Positions 1 through 11,463 of a DNA stretch of 64,000 nt are shown here, piece after piece. Numbering within the stretch: the stretch's first letter is position 1; each line of letters begins with the position of its first letter. A program made the position numbers and the translations under genes. The notes beneath the pieces are model-generated. The model was not told the DNA's origin, did no database searches, and saw only the letters and a list, made by a program, of their open reading frames with translations. Source of the stretch: Fimbriosthenelais zetlandica (Eukaryota); contig OZ365118.1 of the NCBI GenBank assembly GCA_977030845.1, positions 3,782,001-3,846,000 on the forward strand, given 5' to 3'.

Positions 1-312
1 TTAGATAAAAAAATGCCACCGATAAATTTACTAGAAATATTTCATATCTTATTACGCAATACCATAATTCACAAAAAAAACATTGTAAATCGTAGTACAT
101 GTACCTCTGATCCTCACTCTACTTTTTTTTAAATTCATTTTATTTACCCTGGATTTCTAGATAGACATAACTATCCTAGACCAATAAAAGTCAGTTTTGT
201 TCACTGATATTCTACATGTAGTCAAAAGTTCTAAGGGAAGCAGCTCGCATTGTGGGTTGACTAACAGTTCCTGTTAAAGATTTAATTGTTAGAATATGGT
301 ATTAACTTACAG

Positions 313-3300
313 AGAGAGGACATGCCGCTCAGCTCGAGCAGTCTGGACGCCATCATGGATTATCTGGACACCAACAGAGACGGGGAGATCGACCTGCTGT
401 AAGTAGTATCTGAAAAATTAAACACAAAACATGAATATCTCAGATTCAAAAATCTTATATCTACAATAAATAGAAATATTTATTTTTAAGGAAAGTAACA
501 TACATTTTAAATTGATATTACCATATCATTGATCTCAAATTAAAATGGAAATATTAAATATATATTTTGTATCAAGTTAATGGATTATACTGTCTATATT
601 AATACTAACATCATTTCATTGACATTGGAATTATAACCTCAAACCATACCCTAATAAATAATATAATATATAATTTCTTTAAATAGTAGTAGGCATACAG
701 GCCCAGAAACCAGCTTTCTCACTCTGTTTGAGAAACAGTAGTAAGTGAAACACTCAGACTTGGCACACAGAGTGTTTATTACATGTAGCTTTAATGCTGT
801 GAAGTGCTCGCCAGCTGCTCAACATGCCCTCTCTCATTGACTGAGCCACTCAGTGCTTCCATACACACTATTTTAATCACGCTTATTGCATTGCCATTAC
901 TAATGTAAATGTAAGCATTTGTGCCTTCAAGGCCCACAATATGTGTTAGAAATAGAAGGGACTGGGGTTGATGGGGAGGAGCCTATAGCAGTAGACTCCC
1001 CCACCTTCAAGACCCAAAATATGTGTTAGAAATAGAAGGGGTGGGTTTGATGGGGAGGAGTCTATAGCAGTAGACTCCCCCACCTTCAAGGCCCAAAATA
1101 TGTGTTAGAAATAGAAGGGGTGGGGTTGATGGGGAGGATTCTATTAGCAGTAGACTCCCCCACCTTCAAGTCCCAAAATATGTGTTAGAAATAGAAGGGG
1201 TGGGGTTGATGGGGAGGAGTCTATTAGCAGTAGACTCCCCCACCTTCAAGTCCCAAAATATGTGTTAGAAATAGAAGGGGTGGGGTTGATGGGGAGGAGT
1301 CTATAGCAGTAGACTCCCCCACCTTCAAGGCCCAAAATATGTGTTAGAAATAGAAGGGATGGGGTTGATGGGGAGGAGTCTATAGCAGTAGACTCCCCCA
1401 CCTTCAATGCCCAAAATATGTGTTAGAAATAGAAGGGGTTTGGGTTGATGGGGAGGAGTCTATTAGCAGTAGACTCCCCCACCTTCAAGGCCCAAAATAT
1501 GTGTTAGAAGTTGAAGAGGTGGGGTAGTGTATTGTAGTGGAGCGGGTTTAAAAATAACTTTTTGAAAGTTTATACATTTAAAAAAATTATATACCTTTGA
1601 TATTCATACATTTTTTATACAGTTCTTAACCTGGGCCCGCTCTAAGAAAATGACTGATACTCGCTAAATTTGCGAAATAAAAATCACACCACGCAGCACC
1701 ACGCGAATAACAAAGTTGAAGGAAAATCCAAAACAGTAATGTCTCCTTCAAATTGACATCTGCTAACGCCAACTGCAAATTGCTGGTTGAACTGGGGTTA
1801 AGGAGGGAGAGAGTATTGACCCCCCTCCCCTTACCAGACCACAATATAGGAGGGGGTGGTTTGGGCTGGGGTTATGGAGAGGGACACTATTGCCATAAAT
1901 TCAATAATTTCATAAATTCAATAAATGCAATAATAAATACAGTAAATTCAGCAATATTAATAGAATCCCTCTCCCCTTACCACCCCGAAATATTCTAGGA
2001 TTGGGTGGTTGGGCTGGGATCGCTCTTCCCGATCGCACTGTCGCAATTTTCGAATAAAAATACGCCAACTTCAAAATTCTAAGATAATATAGGAGGGGAT
2101 GAGTTGAGCTGGGGTTATGAAGGGGGAGACTATTGACATAAATTCATACATTCAGTACATTCATAAATTCAACAATAAATTCAGTAAATTCAGCAATAAT
2201 AATAGACTCCCCCTCCCCTTACCAGCTCACAATATAGAAGGGGGAGGGTTGGGCCAGGGTTGAGGTAGTGGGTTGGCCTCGCTCTACTCGATCGCAGTGT
2301 CGCAATTTGCGAATAAAAGTACGCAGCACCACACGAATAAAAAAGTTGAAGGAAAATCCAAAAAATGTAATGCGAATTGCTGGTTGGGCTTACCAGCCAA
2401 CAGAATAGGAGGGGTTGGGTTGAGCTGGGGTTATGGAGAGGGACAATATTGCCATAAATTCAATAATTTCATAAATTCAATAAATACAGGAAATTCAGCA
2501 ATAATAATATCATCACTCTCCCTTATACTCAACATATATACAATGCTATATACACATAACGTCAAATACTATATACATATAACTTCAATACAATCAATAT
2601 ACGAAAAACAATAATCAGTGAATACAATTTAAGTTCAATTACATTTTATGGTAACAAAGGAATAGAAGGTAAAGTAAGACTGGAAAAAAAGACTGGAAGT
2701 TAATTTCAAGGGGGAGACTATTAACATAAATTCATACATTCAGTACATTCATAAATTCAACAATAAATACAGGAAATTCAGCAATAATAATAGACTGCCC
2801 CTCCCCTTACAAGACAACAATATAGGAGGGGGTGGTTTGGGCTGGGGTTATGGAGAGGGACACTATTGCTATAAATTCAGTAAATTCAATCAATTCAGTA
2901 ATAAATACAAGAAATTCAGCAATAATAATAGAATCCCTCTCCCCTTACCAGCCCACAATATTATAGGATGGGTTGGGTTAGGTTGGGTTGGGTTGGGTTG
3001 GGCTCGCTCTTCTCGATCGCACTGTCGCAATTTTCGAGAAAAAAATACTCCAACTGCAAGTTGCTAAGAGAAATTTAACACTTTTTGCTACACAAAATCT
3101 GTAGCAAAATTGAGCGCAGAGTGGGTTTAACTGGGGATAAGGAAGGGGAGAATATTGCCATAGACTCCCCCCTCCCCTTACTAGCCCACAATATAGGAGG
3201 GGGTATAGGCTGAGCTGGGGTTACAGAGGGGGAGACTATTGCCATAAATTCATAAATTCAGTAAATTCATAAATTCAATAATAAATTCAGTAAATTCAGC

Positions 3301-5181
3301 AATAATAATAGACTCTCCCTCCACATACCAGCCCACAATATAGGAAGGGAATGTTTGGGACGGGGTTGAGGTAGTGGCTGGGCCCGCTCTACCCCATCAC
3401 ACTGTGGCAATTTGCGATAACAAATACTCTTACTCGCTAAGTTTGCGAAATAAAAATTACGCCACACGACCGCAAAATCACACAAATAACAGAGTTGAAG
3501 AAAAATCCAAATCAGCAATGTCTGTTTCCAATTGACATCGGTTATCGCTAACTGCAAATTGCTCCGAGAAATTTGCTGTCTTTAGTACTTTTTTTTTATA
3601 TAGAATTTGTGCTAGAGTGACCCCAGGTTATATTTATATTGTTCTGGTTTTCAGCATGTAGATGTTTAGACCTGAATGTAGATATTGGGTTTTAAAATTA
3701 CTTTTTATATTGTTATATATATATGCATGGGGAATCTCTGGCCTTCTGAGACCAGGATACCTCTAAATGACTGATGAGCTAGTCATACTGTGATCCCCGG
3801 TGATCCGTGATTGTCATGCCATACTCCTGCCATATATTTTTTGATACTCCTGCGATATATTTTTTTTATATGACATGTGTGTGTTTTGTGTTTTACAATA
3901 ACCTTTTGAGGTATACTGTTATCTGTTAATATTCCCCTAATTATTTTATATTTAAAAATATGTGTTAGAATTTGAAGGTACTGGGGTTGATGGGGAGGAG
4001 CCTATAGCGCCATATAGACTCCTCCACCTTCAACTCCCAAAATATGTGTTAGAAATAGAAGGGATGGGGTTGATGGGGAGGATTCTATAGCAGTAGACTC
4101 CCCCACCTTCAAGTCCCAAAATATGTGTTAGAAATAGAAGGGGTGGGGTTGGTGGGGAGGAGCCTATAGCGCCATATAGACTCCCCCACCTTCAAGGCCC
4201 AAAATATGTGTTAATATGGGATTTGGATTGGGGTTGATGGGGAGGAGTCTATAGCAGTAGACTCCCCCACCTTCAAGACCCAAAATTGAACCTTGTGGGC
4301 TTCAGATTATTACCCAGAACAAACATTATATGTCATACTTATTATCCTGCCAAGATACACCTAGAACCGTTCATAATATAGGCTAAAAGTAACCCCAATG
4401 TAGGCCCTAAATGTCTGGACATTTTGTGTAGTCAACACCCCTGCTGATCCAGGCCCAAAGAGAAAATAATTTAAATAGCCCACATTTTTACTACTCCAAC
4501 ACATGGTCGTACTTGTGAGTTTCCATAGTTTGTATGTCAAGAAAGAGAACTTATCTTTAGTATAAGATGATCGTCAAATCCATGGTAATCCTAGAGTCCT
4601 TCGTAATCCTCGAGTTACCCGTGATCCACCAATTAAGGATTACGTATTTTGATGACAGAATCTCAGGTCTTGAGATAACAGATCTGGAAGAAAAGTTTCC
4701 ATATTAGTACAAAATATTGAGAGGTTTTAACAAGGTTTCTATTAATGTCCATACCAAGAACTTTCCATACTGACTAATACTCTACAATTTCTTGACTTAT
4801 TATTATAAAAATTCCTTTCTTTTTCACAGTGAATTATTGGATGGAGAAAGGAGATTCAAGCGTCAGACATTAGCAGAAAAACACCGGTGGCAATCACAGG
4901 AGAGGCTTGCCATAGAGCAGGCCCAGGAGGGCGGGGTGGCGGGAGACCCTGGAGGCCAGGCGGCTAGGTTCTCCCGCAGCTTCCGCCCCGACCTCGTAGA
5001 CCTCCATGCGACAAGCAAGGATAACCTCGAGTCAAAGCACTATAAACCCCCCGTTAATAAAAACTCAGAGGATATTCTAAAATTGCCAAAAATCGATAAT
5101 AATATACCCCTCACATCAAGGACTGAGAGTGACAATTTAACAAAGGGGTCCAAAGAGGATATGCCCCACACAGCACGCTGA
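313..5181 (+). CDS. 3' end of an EF-hand calcium-binding protein gene (last two coding exons; 5' part lies left of the window); possibly EFCAB12-like
   Basis: Exon 313-398 (ttacag/gtaagt) encodes REDMPLSSSSLDAIMDYLDTNRDGEIDL, with a canonical EF-hand loop DTNRDGEID. It joins in phase 2 to exon 4830-5181 (ttttcacag; LELLDGERRFKRQ...HTAR*). AATAAA at 5352-5357. Family identity beyond EF-hand is uncertain. Confidence 0.75.
924..1525. repeat. 79-80 bp minisatellite, about 7.5 copies, each with an internal hairpin and G-tracts
   Basis: Unit aaggcccaaaatatgtgttagaaatagaaggggtggggttgatggggaggagtctatagcagtagactcccccaccttc; period measured at 1013 to 1092. GGAGTCTA/TAGACTCC inverted repeat in each unit. 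Confidence 0.95.
1626..3575. repeat. Composite higher-order repeat in the EF-hand gene intron
   Basis: Module A (gggcccgctct...ctcgctaa.tttgcgaaataaaaat...gcaaattgct) lies at about 1635-1785, partly at 2290-2385, and at 3380-3560. It is interleaved with about 8 copies of module B (ccccctccccttaccagcccacaatataggaggggg...gggctggggttatggagaggg) and (ataaattc)n tracts. Confidence 0.85.
3956..4285. repeat. Second array (about 4 copies) of the 79-bp hairpin minisatellite
   Basis: Same unit and orientation as 924-1525, with 'gcctatagcgccatatagact' variants. Confidence 0.92.
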
Positions 5182-6039
5182 AATATCATGCAGATTAGGC
5201 CTATATTGTAAGGACATATATTTTTGAAGCATAATGCCTACCTTAGTAGATTCCAGGTTAGGCCAATGGTTTTCCCCTCAGGCTCAGGTTAAAGCTTGTA
5301 TGTAGAAAGGTCCTAACTGTCCGCCGCCTGCAAATTAAAGATGTAGATAATAATAAACTACGAATTAAGAAAATACATGTAAAAGTGTGTTAAACAGTTG
5401 AGTATAAATTCACATTTGGGGCAATACACACAGGGATTCAGCTGAGGGAACCATATATGGCTTTCTAATGCCTGTCACTGTTGACACTTGGGAGTCAAAC
5501 TTTACATGGCAGCCTATAGTCCTAAAATGTTTAGCCGTAAATATAGTGGATCATAGAAGTAAGCCCTCTCATACACGTTTAACTATGACCGGACAAGAAG
5601 GACAAGTATATTTTTAACCTAAATGTCGATATGGATTAAATATCCTAATTCTAGGGGATTAAGCCACAGCCCTTCCCCAAGGCAACGAGGCACCTTGTCA
5701 TTGCGGCTTGTCATCAAATTTAACTCGGGTTAAAAAAATAGTCAATTTCTCGACCGACCATTTCCACTAAACACGGACACTTGACAATAAATACCCGCTT
5801 TTTATGGTAGACAGATGAAACAAGAACATACTTCATGTGTTTCCGCTGGCATATAATCCCTCAATTACGTGGATTCACCGAATATATCATGAGCAATTGT
5901 CAACACGAGGACATTACCAAAATGTCACCCAGGTCAAGACACAGAGAGAAGTGACCCAATCAACAAGTTCACATACCGGCCTCAATAAGTCAAAAAACAC
6001 GCCTAAAACTATCACAAACTCGTCAGAAAAGTTCCAACT

Positions 6040-6480
6040 TACTTGAATTCAACGTATTTCCGTGATTTGTATCGTCTATGCGGTTATTTAGTGGTAAATA
6101 GTCCATTCAGAGCAGCTGCAGGTGATTTCGAATTCGCCCCGACTCTGACGTGGTGGATCACGTGATTAGCATCCGGGCACTCTTTGATCATATGATCAAT
6201 TATTATCGGGGGGAGGGAGGGTGGGAGCGGCGTGCGCGGATCGGGATGGGGAGCAGTTACTTAGGAGTCAATTCTCCTCTCCCATTCAAAAACGTCGCTT
6301 AAATAGTAAACTTGTTGGTCCATGTGGCTGGAGCACTAAAATCGTACGCAACTCTAATCCGCTTGACCTCCCTCTCCCGCCCACCCCGAAAGTTCTGGAT
6401 CGCCCCTGGGGCGCGTGCTCTTTTATTGAAGGGGGTGACCAGGGGTCACGTGCGGGTGGTCCTTTGAATCAATATTAGGC
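6040..6480. promoter_or_regulatory. CpG-rich promoter-like island between two convergent 3' ends
   Basis: Locally high CpG density. CACGTG E-boxes (atcacgtgat at about 6157, gtcacgtg at about 6445), TGACGT at about 6146, GC-rich tract. Confidence 0.5.
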
Positions 6481-6770
6481 TATTATTAGGTTTTCTATGG
6501 TAGCCAAGTATAGATCATATGATTCTGTATTGAGTTAATGAATAGCCATTAATAACTGATTTGATACAATCACAGTAAAATCACTACCGGTAGGCCTACT
6601 AGAATCAGGCAGCTGAATATATTTTTGTCCATGAAGTCCCATTCTTAAACATTGGCATTGCGATTTATCTAGCACTTCAGGCTATATAATACATTCCAAA
6701 TGTTCATTAGTTATCCAAACAGCATATATGTCCACAATAATCGTGAATAGCTTTATTGTGCGAGTTGCTG

Positions 6771-6830
6771 AAAAAGTATGCTTGGACCAGGAATCGAACC
6801 CGTGCCTCACGCTATGTTTGCGTGGCCGAC
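6771..6830 (-). mobile_element. tRNA-derived SINE-like remnant (B-box)
   Basis: Minus strand reads gggttcgattcctggtccaagcatacttttt, a Pol III B-box GGTTCGATTCC followed by a T-run. No complete cloverleaf. Confidence 0.5.
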
Positions 6831-6839
6831 ATTATAGCA

Positions 6840-7070
6840 TTGGATTTCGCTCCACGGCTCGTGTTGGCCACCTAGCGAGTAAACCGAAGAACTAGCGGCC
6901 CAGATCTGGTAATCTAGGTCACCAGTTCGGGTCGTTCTAGAAGCGTTGGATTTCACTCCACGGCTCGTATCTGCCACCTAGCGAGGAAGTCGAGGAACTA
7001 GCGACCTAGTTGTGGTAATCTAGGTCACCAGTTCCGGTTTGGGTTGTCTGTTACGGTCGTTCTGGAAGCG
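6840..7070. repeat. Diverged tandem duplication of a ~106-125 bp GC-rich unit
   Basis: 6840-6945 and 6946-7070 share ttggatttc.ctccacggctcgt...gccacctagcgag...ggtaatctaggtcaccagttc...gtcgttct.gaagcg. Confidence 0.85.
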
Positions 7071-7381
7071 TCTCGCTTCGAATGTTGAAATGATGAATAT
7101 AGCTTTATAAAGTTATAATAATCCACCAAAATGGAACTGCCAGGGTAGAATACGATGCTTATTATATCCATGCCAAGAAATAGGGCTGCCATGGTTGCAA
7201 TACTGTAAACGGGGAGACAGACGGAGGCTACCAGCACACCGGCTTCCCTGGCTCAGGTCTGACAAAGAGGCGAGGTGACGTGAATAAAACGAGAGCTTCC
7301 TACGCGAGAGTTCAACTCGTCACACTGTCTGAACTAAATATAATATATACTAAAATAGATATCCGTCTTTACCGAGCCATG

Positions 7382-7705
7382 GGAAGACTCAAAACGATTG
7401 ATACTTCATTGCTCGTCTGTAGACAAAATCATTTGGTGTTCCGAGACCTGAATTTAGTTCCACCATCTGCCGAAGGTGGCAGCAGCTGAGAGGCATCATT
7501 TAATCAAAGATGTAGTGGCTTATAATACTCATTTTTCACACTGTCAGACCCAAATAGAATATATGGTAAAATTATTTAACTAAATGTCCATCTTTACAAA
7601 GCCTTTGGAAGACACAAACGATTGATACTCGTGTTTCCTTGTGTAGACGTAATTATTTGAGACCTGATTATAGTTCCTCCTGTCACCGAAGGTGGAGCAG
7701 CTGAG
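7382..7705. repeat. Two spaced copies of a ~100-110 bp motif with conserved blocks
   Basis: 7382-7490 and 7607-7705 share GGAAGAC..AAACGATTGATACT, TGTAGAC, GAGACCTGA, TAGTTCC and CCGAAGGTGG..GCAGCTGAG. Confidence 0.8.
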
Positions 7706-10700
7706 GGTTATTTTATTATTTGAGATTGGGTGGCTAATATTATTCAATTCTTGACTTATTCATATTGAATTTATAGAGGTATACGGAATATATAAGAGGA
7801 GATAGATCCTTGTTTTTGTATTTCCTTTATTCTGTCATAAAATAATTTATAGGTACCGTACAAAACATCTGCTCAGATTCAGTTTACTGCATCACTGTAC
7901 GAATATATATACAACCTTCACGAGTGCGTTTAAAAGGGGGAAACAAGTCAAAATTTACATTAAAAAAATTTAGTTCACAAAGCGTTAATAGTCTACAATA
8001 GCACTATTTATTTGTTAACATCTAAGACGGGGTTCGGGAAGGCAATCACTCAAAGTATTTTTTAAAAATTGAATGTTTAAGCAGATATATTTATTGAAGC
8101 TATCATGAAAGATGAGGAATAAAACTGGAAAATTATTACTTCTGACCTGATAAATGTTTTTCTTATACCGGTAATGACTTCTCAATTCACAGATCAAATT
8201 CACCTTAGAACGACTGGATTATAAAGATTTCATATCGAGACATACAATTTAAGCCTGATATTAAAATAAATAGTCACGTACTAAATGATTTTTCTATCTA
8301 CGAGTGACAAAAACATGTATTGTAAGACACAGTCTTTTCACACTGAACTTGAGCTAAGTTTCAAGAGACCTGGTTCAACCTAGGATTTTTTGTTCTGGAT
8401 AGTGCACAAATGTCTCATTTTCAACCAAAATAATTTAAAATAACTGTCATTTATAATAGGCCAGTTCTTCAACAGAATAATTTGCACAATTGTTTAGTTA
8501 ATTTGTCCAGTGATTGGACCAGGTCTCTAGAAACGCACCTTAAAGGCAAATTGGTGTGCAAGTTTTGCATCCATGAATACATAATATATGGACAAGCTCT
8601 TCACCGCTCCTGAACACTTCTATCGTTATTAGACGAGTGACTTATACATACAAACACTGACTGATCTCGTTTCACTTTTACCCAAGTTCAATAACATGTT
8701 CATTTTACAAGATATTCAGCTCTCCATGCAAACAAATGTCATTGTAACAATTCTATTTTCCCCTCTGTATAATATATGGAAGAATGAATACAATACACAA
8801 TTTGATGAATCGGTAATAAACATGGATAAAAAATGTATCTTCACTAACGCACTTGGTCCAATACTGGAGGATTGAAAGTCGATTCATTTTGACATTATTT
8901 GTAGTGGATATGAACCATTGGGACGTTATGTCGGCTAGATACTGCCATAATACAGTCACAGATCTTTTATTTCTATTTCTCAAAAAGCACAGAATTTAAA
9001 CAAATATCATACGCAATTCATTTCTTAAAGTAACCCCTTCCTACATTTAAACATCCATTATCCCTTCTTGTATGTCCACAGTTCCAGCAGATTTCAAGTG
9101 CTGCACGATGGTAACTCCCTTAAACAATAATATATTCTGCAAGTTTTGAGGTTACTAGGAAATCTTTCTCCAAAATGTTCAAGCCTCAGCTTTCTTGGAG
9201 TCTATCAAGTAGTGTGATAATAAAATATCTACTCATGATAAAAATGTTAAGTTCTATTAAACAAGCAGGACATTCTTGACTACCATATTATCATGACCAA
9301 AGCAATGTATTTCTCTAGATCTAACTTTGAGATTAAATAAGAATAAATTAAAGAATGTATGAAGTGCCTGAAGAAGCTTTCACAGATTGCAAACCCAAAG
9401 ATATAAACTGAAATCAAAAATTAAGAAAGAAAAATATTTCAATTTGAATGACAAATCAGGATTGTTTTACCAATGATTTAATTCTCTTGATTCTGCAAGA
9501 TTATTCTGCAAGACTTTCACGCATTCTTCTAACCATCTCCTTACCCTACTCTTACAGATTCATGATATGTTATTTCCATAGCGTTTAGAAAAACTGCGAT
9601 GAAAATGAATGATAAAGGAATGAAAGAAACGAGTACAAAATAATTTTACATGAGGCCAAAGATTGTTGTCAAATATAAACAAGAAATAATTCAACTTTAC
9701 AGAATGCAAAAGATGTTAGTACTGAATGTAATGCAACATCAGAAATACTTGAACACCGCATATTCAATAAAGTTCATATTATTTATACAGATTTTCAAAC
9801 CCCTTTTTGCTATTTATCTTATAGGATCGGACAGAATAAATAAGTAATAAAGAGTCTATATTTGATGAGATAAGAATAATGAATATACATTTACATACAT
9901 CTACTTTACATCTTCATTTGTTTCCTACAGTTTTCAGATAATACCGTATATCAAGTATCAAACACACCCACAAACACACACATATCAGAGTTAAATGCAC
10001 GTCTAGTATCTTGCAAATCAGCTGTGTAGGTAGGTCTCCAATGAATACCGGGCTATATATGAACTGGACAGCTTCAAGTCGTCTACTTGTATGTGTCATC
10101 TTACACATACACAAGCTCTGGGCATATAAATCTTGGATATATCTACCTAAACTAAATTTCCTAATGTATATGTATGTCTTATATCACAATATAAGAAAGA
10201 TGCCCGGGTCATATTGGGTTTTGTTCTAGGTTTGTTAGTACAGCAGGTTAGGCCCATGTAATGTATCTTGGGTCTAACGCCCACATAAAGCAGGTTTATA
10301 ATATAGAGCCACCAGATGAGTTGACACTACTGTAAGCAGTCCTGACCGCCTATATTGTACACTTGTACACGCCACCAGCCCGGGGCCAGCTATTGCCCGA
10401 CACCAAAGCTTGCATGGCTTTAATAATTCACCATAGAAAAAATAGAAAACTTTACTTTTTAATACATGCCTCTAAACCTCGATTTATCATCGATTTGAAA
10501 GCTGCTTGGGTGTTTTTAAAAGCCATCAGATGTTGGATACTTTATCATGGAGAATAGCCCACATTAGCTCAAGTCAAACATTGCGTTAAGGCCATGCGAC
10601 TTCATCAATACATACTGTACAAGTTGGTTCTACTACTGAAGAGGTAAGCGGTAAATAAATATAATATAGAATACACAGTTTATATTTATACCATTATCAA

Positions 10701-11340
10701 ACAACCAACTCATATGTATCATTTCAAAACCGAGTGTGCCAACGTTTCTTACACAATATTATGGGACTGTTGGCCACTCATAGAGACGGTGCAATATCAT
10801 AAACACAAACATTTCTGGTGCAGCGAAAATTTCCTGACAGATAAATATCATACCTCGGAACTAAATATCAAAGAAACCCACATATTTTACAGGCTTTCAG
10901 CTTATGTAATTATTCATTATGTAATATACTCACTCTGATATCATACATATTGTAGGTCCCTTGTTTTGCAATACAGATATACCAACCCAGGACTAAAATT
11001 TGTCTAATTTTAGTAAAGATTTCTGATTATAAGTTTAGGGTAATGTTCAGGATGAGGGGTAGGAAGTAGGATGACACCAGAAGCCGAGAGAAAACGATTC
11101 CCCTGGCAGAGCTGAACTATAGAGCTCAGCAGTAGCTTATCTTGTAAGTAAATTACAATCTAAAATCATCCTATGTGGCAGATAATGGGAGAGATCTTGG
11201 GAGCTGAGGGGGAAGAGTTTGAGTGAAGTTTCTCCCCATTTCAGCTTTGAGAGAAATGTGAAGAAAATGAGTTTTGCATGATGACCAGCGGTGGTTGAGA
11301 TGGGGGGGAGGTAGTCACATAGTCGACCGGTCATGAAGCT

Positions 11341-11409
11341 ATAGTCATTCAGGGGGTTTATAGTCATTGACCTGGGTGCTGTAGTCATTGACCTGGGCGC
11401 TGTAGTCAG
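11341..11409. repeat. Short ~21-bp tandem repeat in the ZDHHC 3' UTR
   Basis: (gtagtcattgacctggg.gct) in about 3 copies. Confidence 0.7.
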
Positions 11410-11463
11410 GGATCTGTTCCCCTGCTAGTCTCAATCCACCCCAGTATGTGGAGACTGCTATAT

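Noticed and set aside
924-1525. CRISPR-like array
   Set aside because: Units are directly abutting, near-identical 79-mers with no unique spacers. There are no cas genes and the context is a eukaryotic intron. The same applies to the 38-bp and 22-bp repeats.
1626-3557. ORFs 1626-1844, 1753-1998, 2273-2614, 2837-3067 and 3267-3557 as genes
   Set aside because: They are translations of the composite repeat (recurring GLGWGYGEG and KFNNFINS), have no domain, and lie inside an intron.
3771-3778. Hammerhead ribozyme core CTGATGAG (also at 36641-36648)
   Set aside because: Neither site has a stem II followed by GAAA or the flanking helices.
313-5181. EF-hand gene as MICU2/3, the vertebrate ZDHHC neighbour
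   Set aside because: The sequence after the EF-hand lacks the MICU terminal motif, and the gene lies downstream and convergent rather than upstream and co-oriented.
6771-6830. Functional tRNA genes (also at 18972, 26410 and 46134)
   Set aside because: Only B-box/T-arm similarity; no A-box, anticodon arm or acceptor stem could be built.
7025-7237. Small membrane-protein gene (ACCATGG Kozak at 7191, MAALFLG...)
   Set aside because: No recognisable homology, no convincing splice chain, and its 3' end runs into the duplicated repeat. It is unsupported without expression data.
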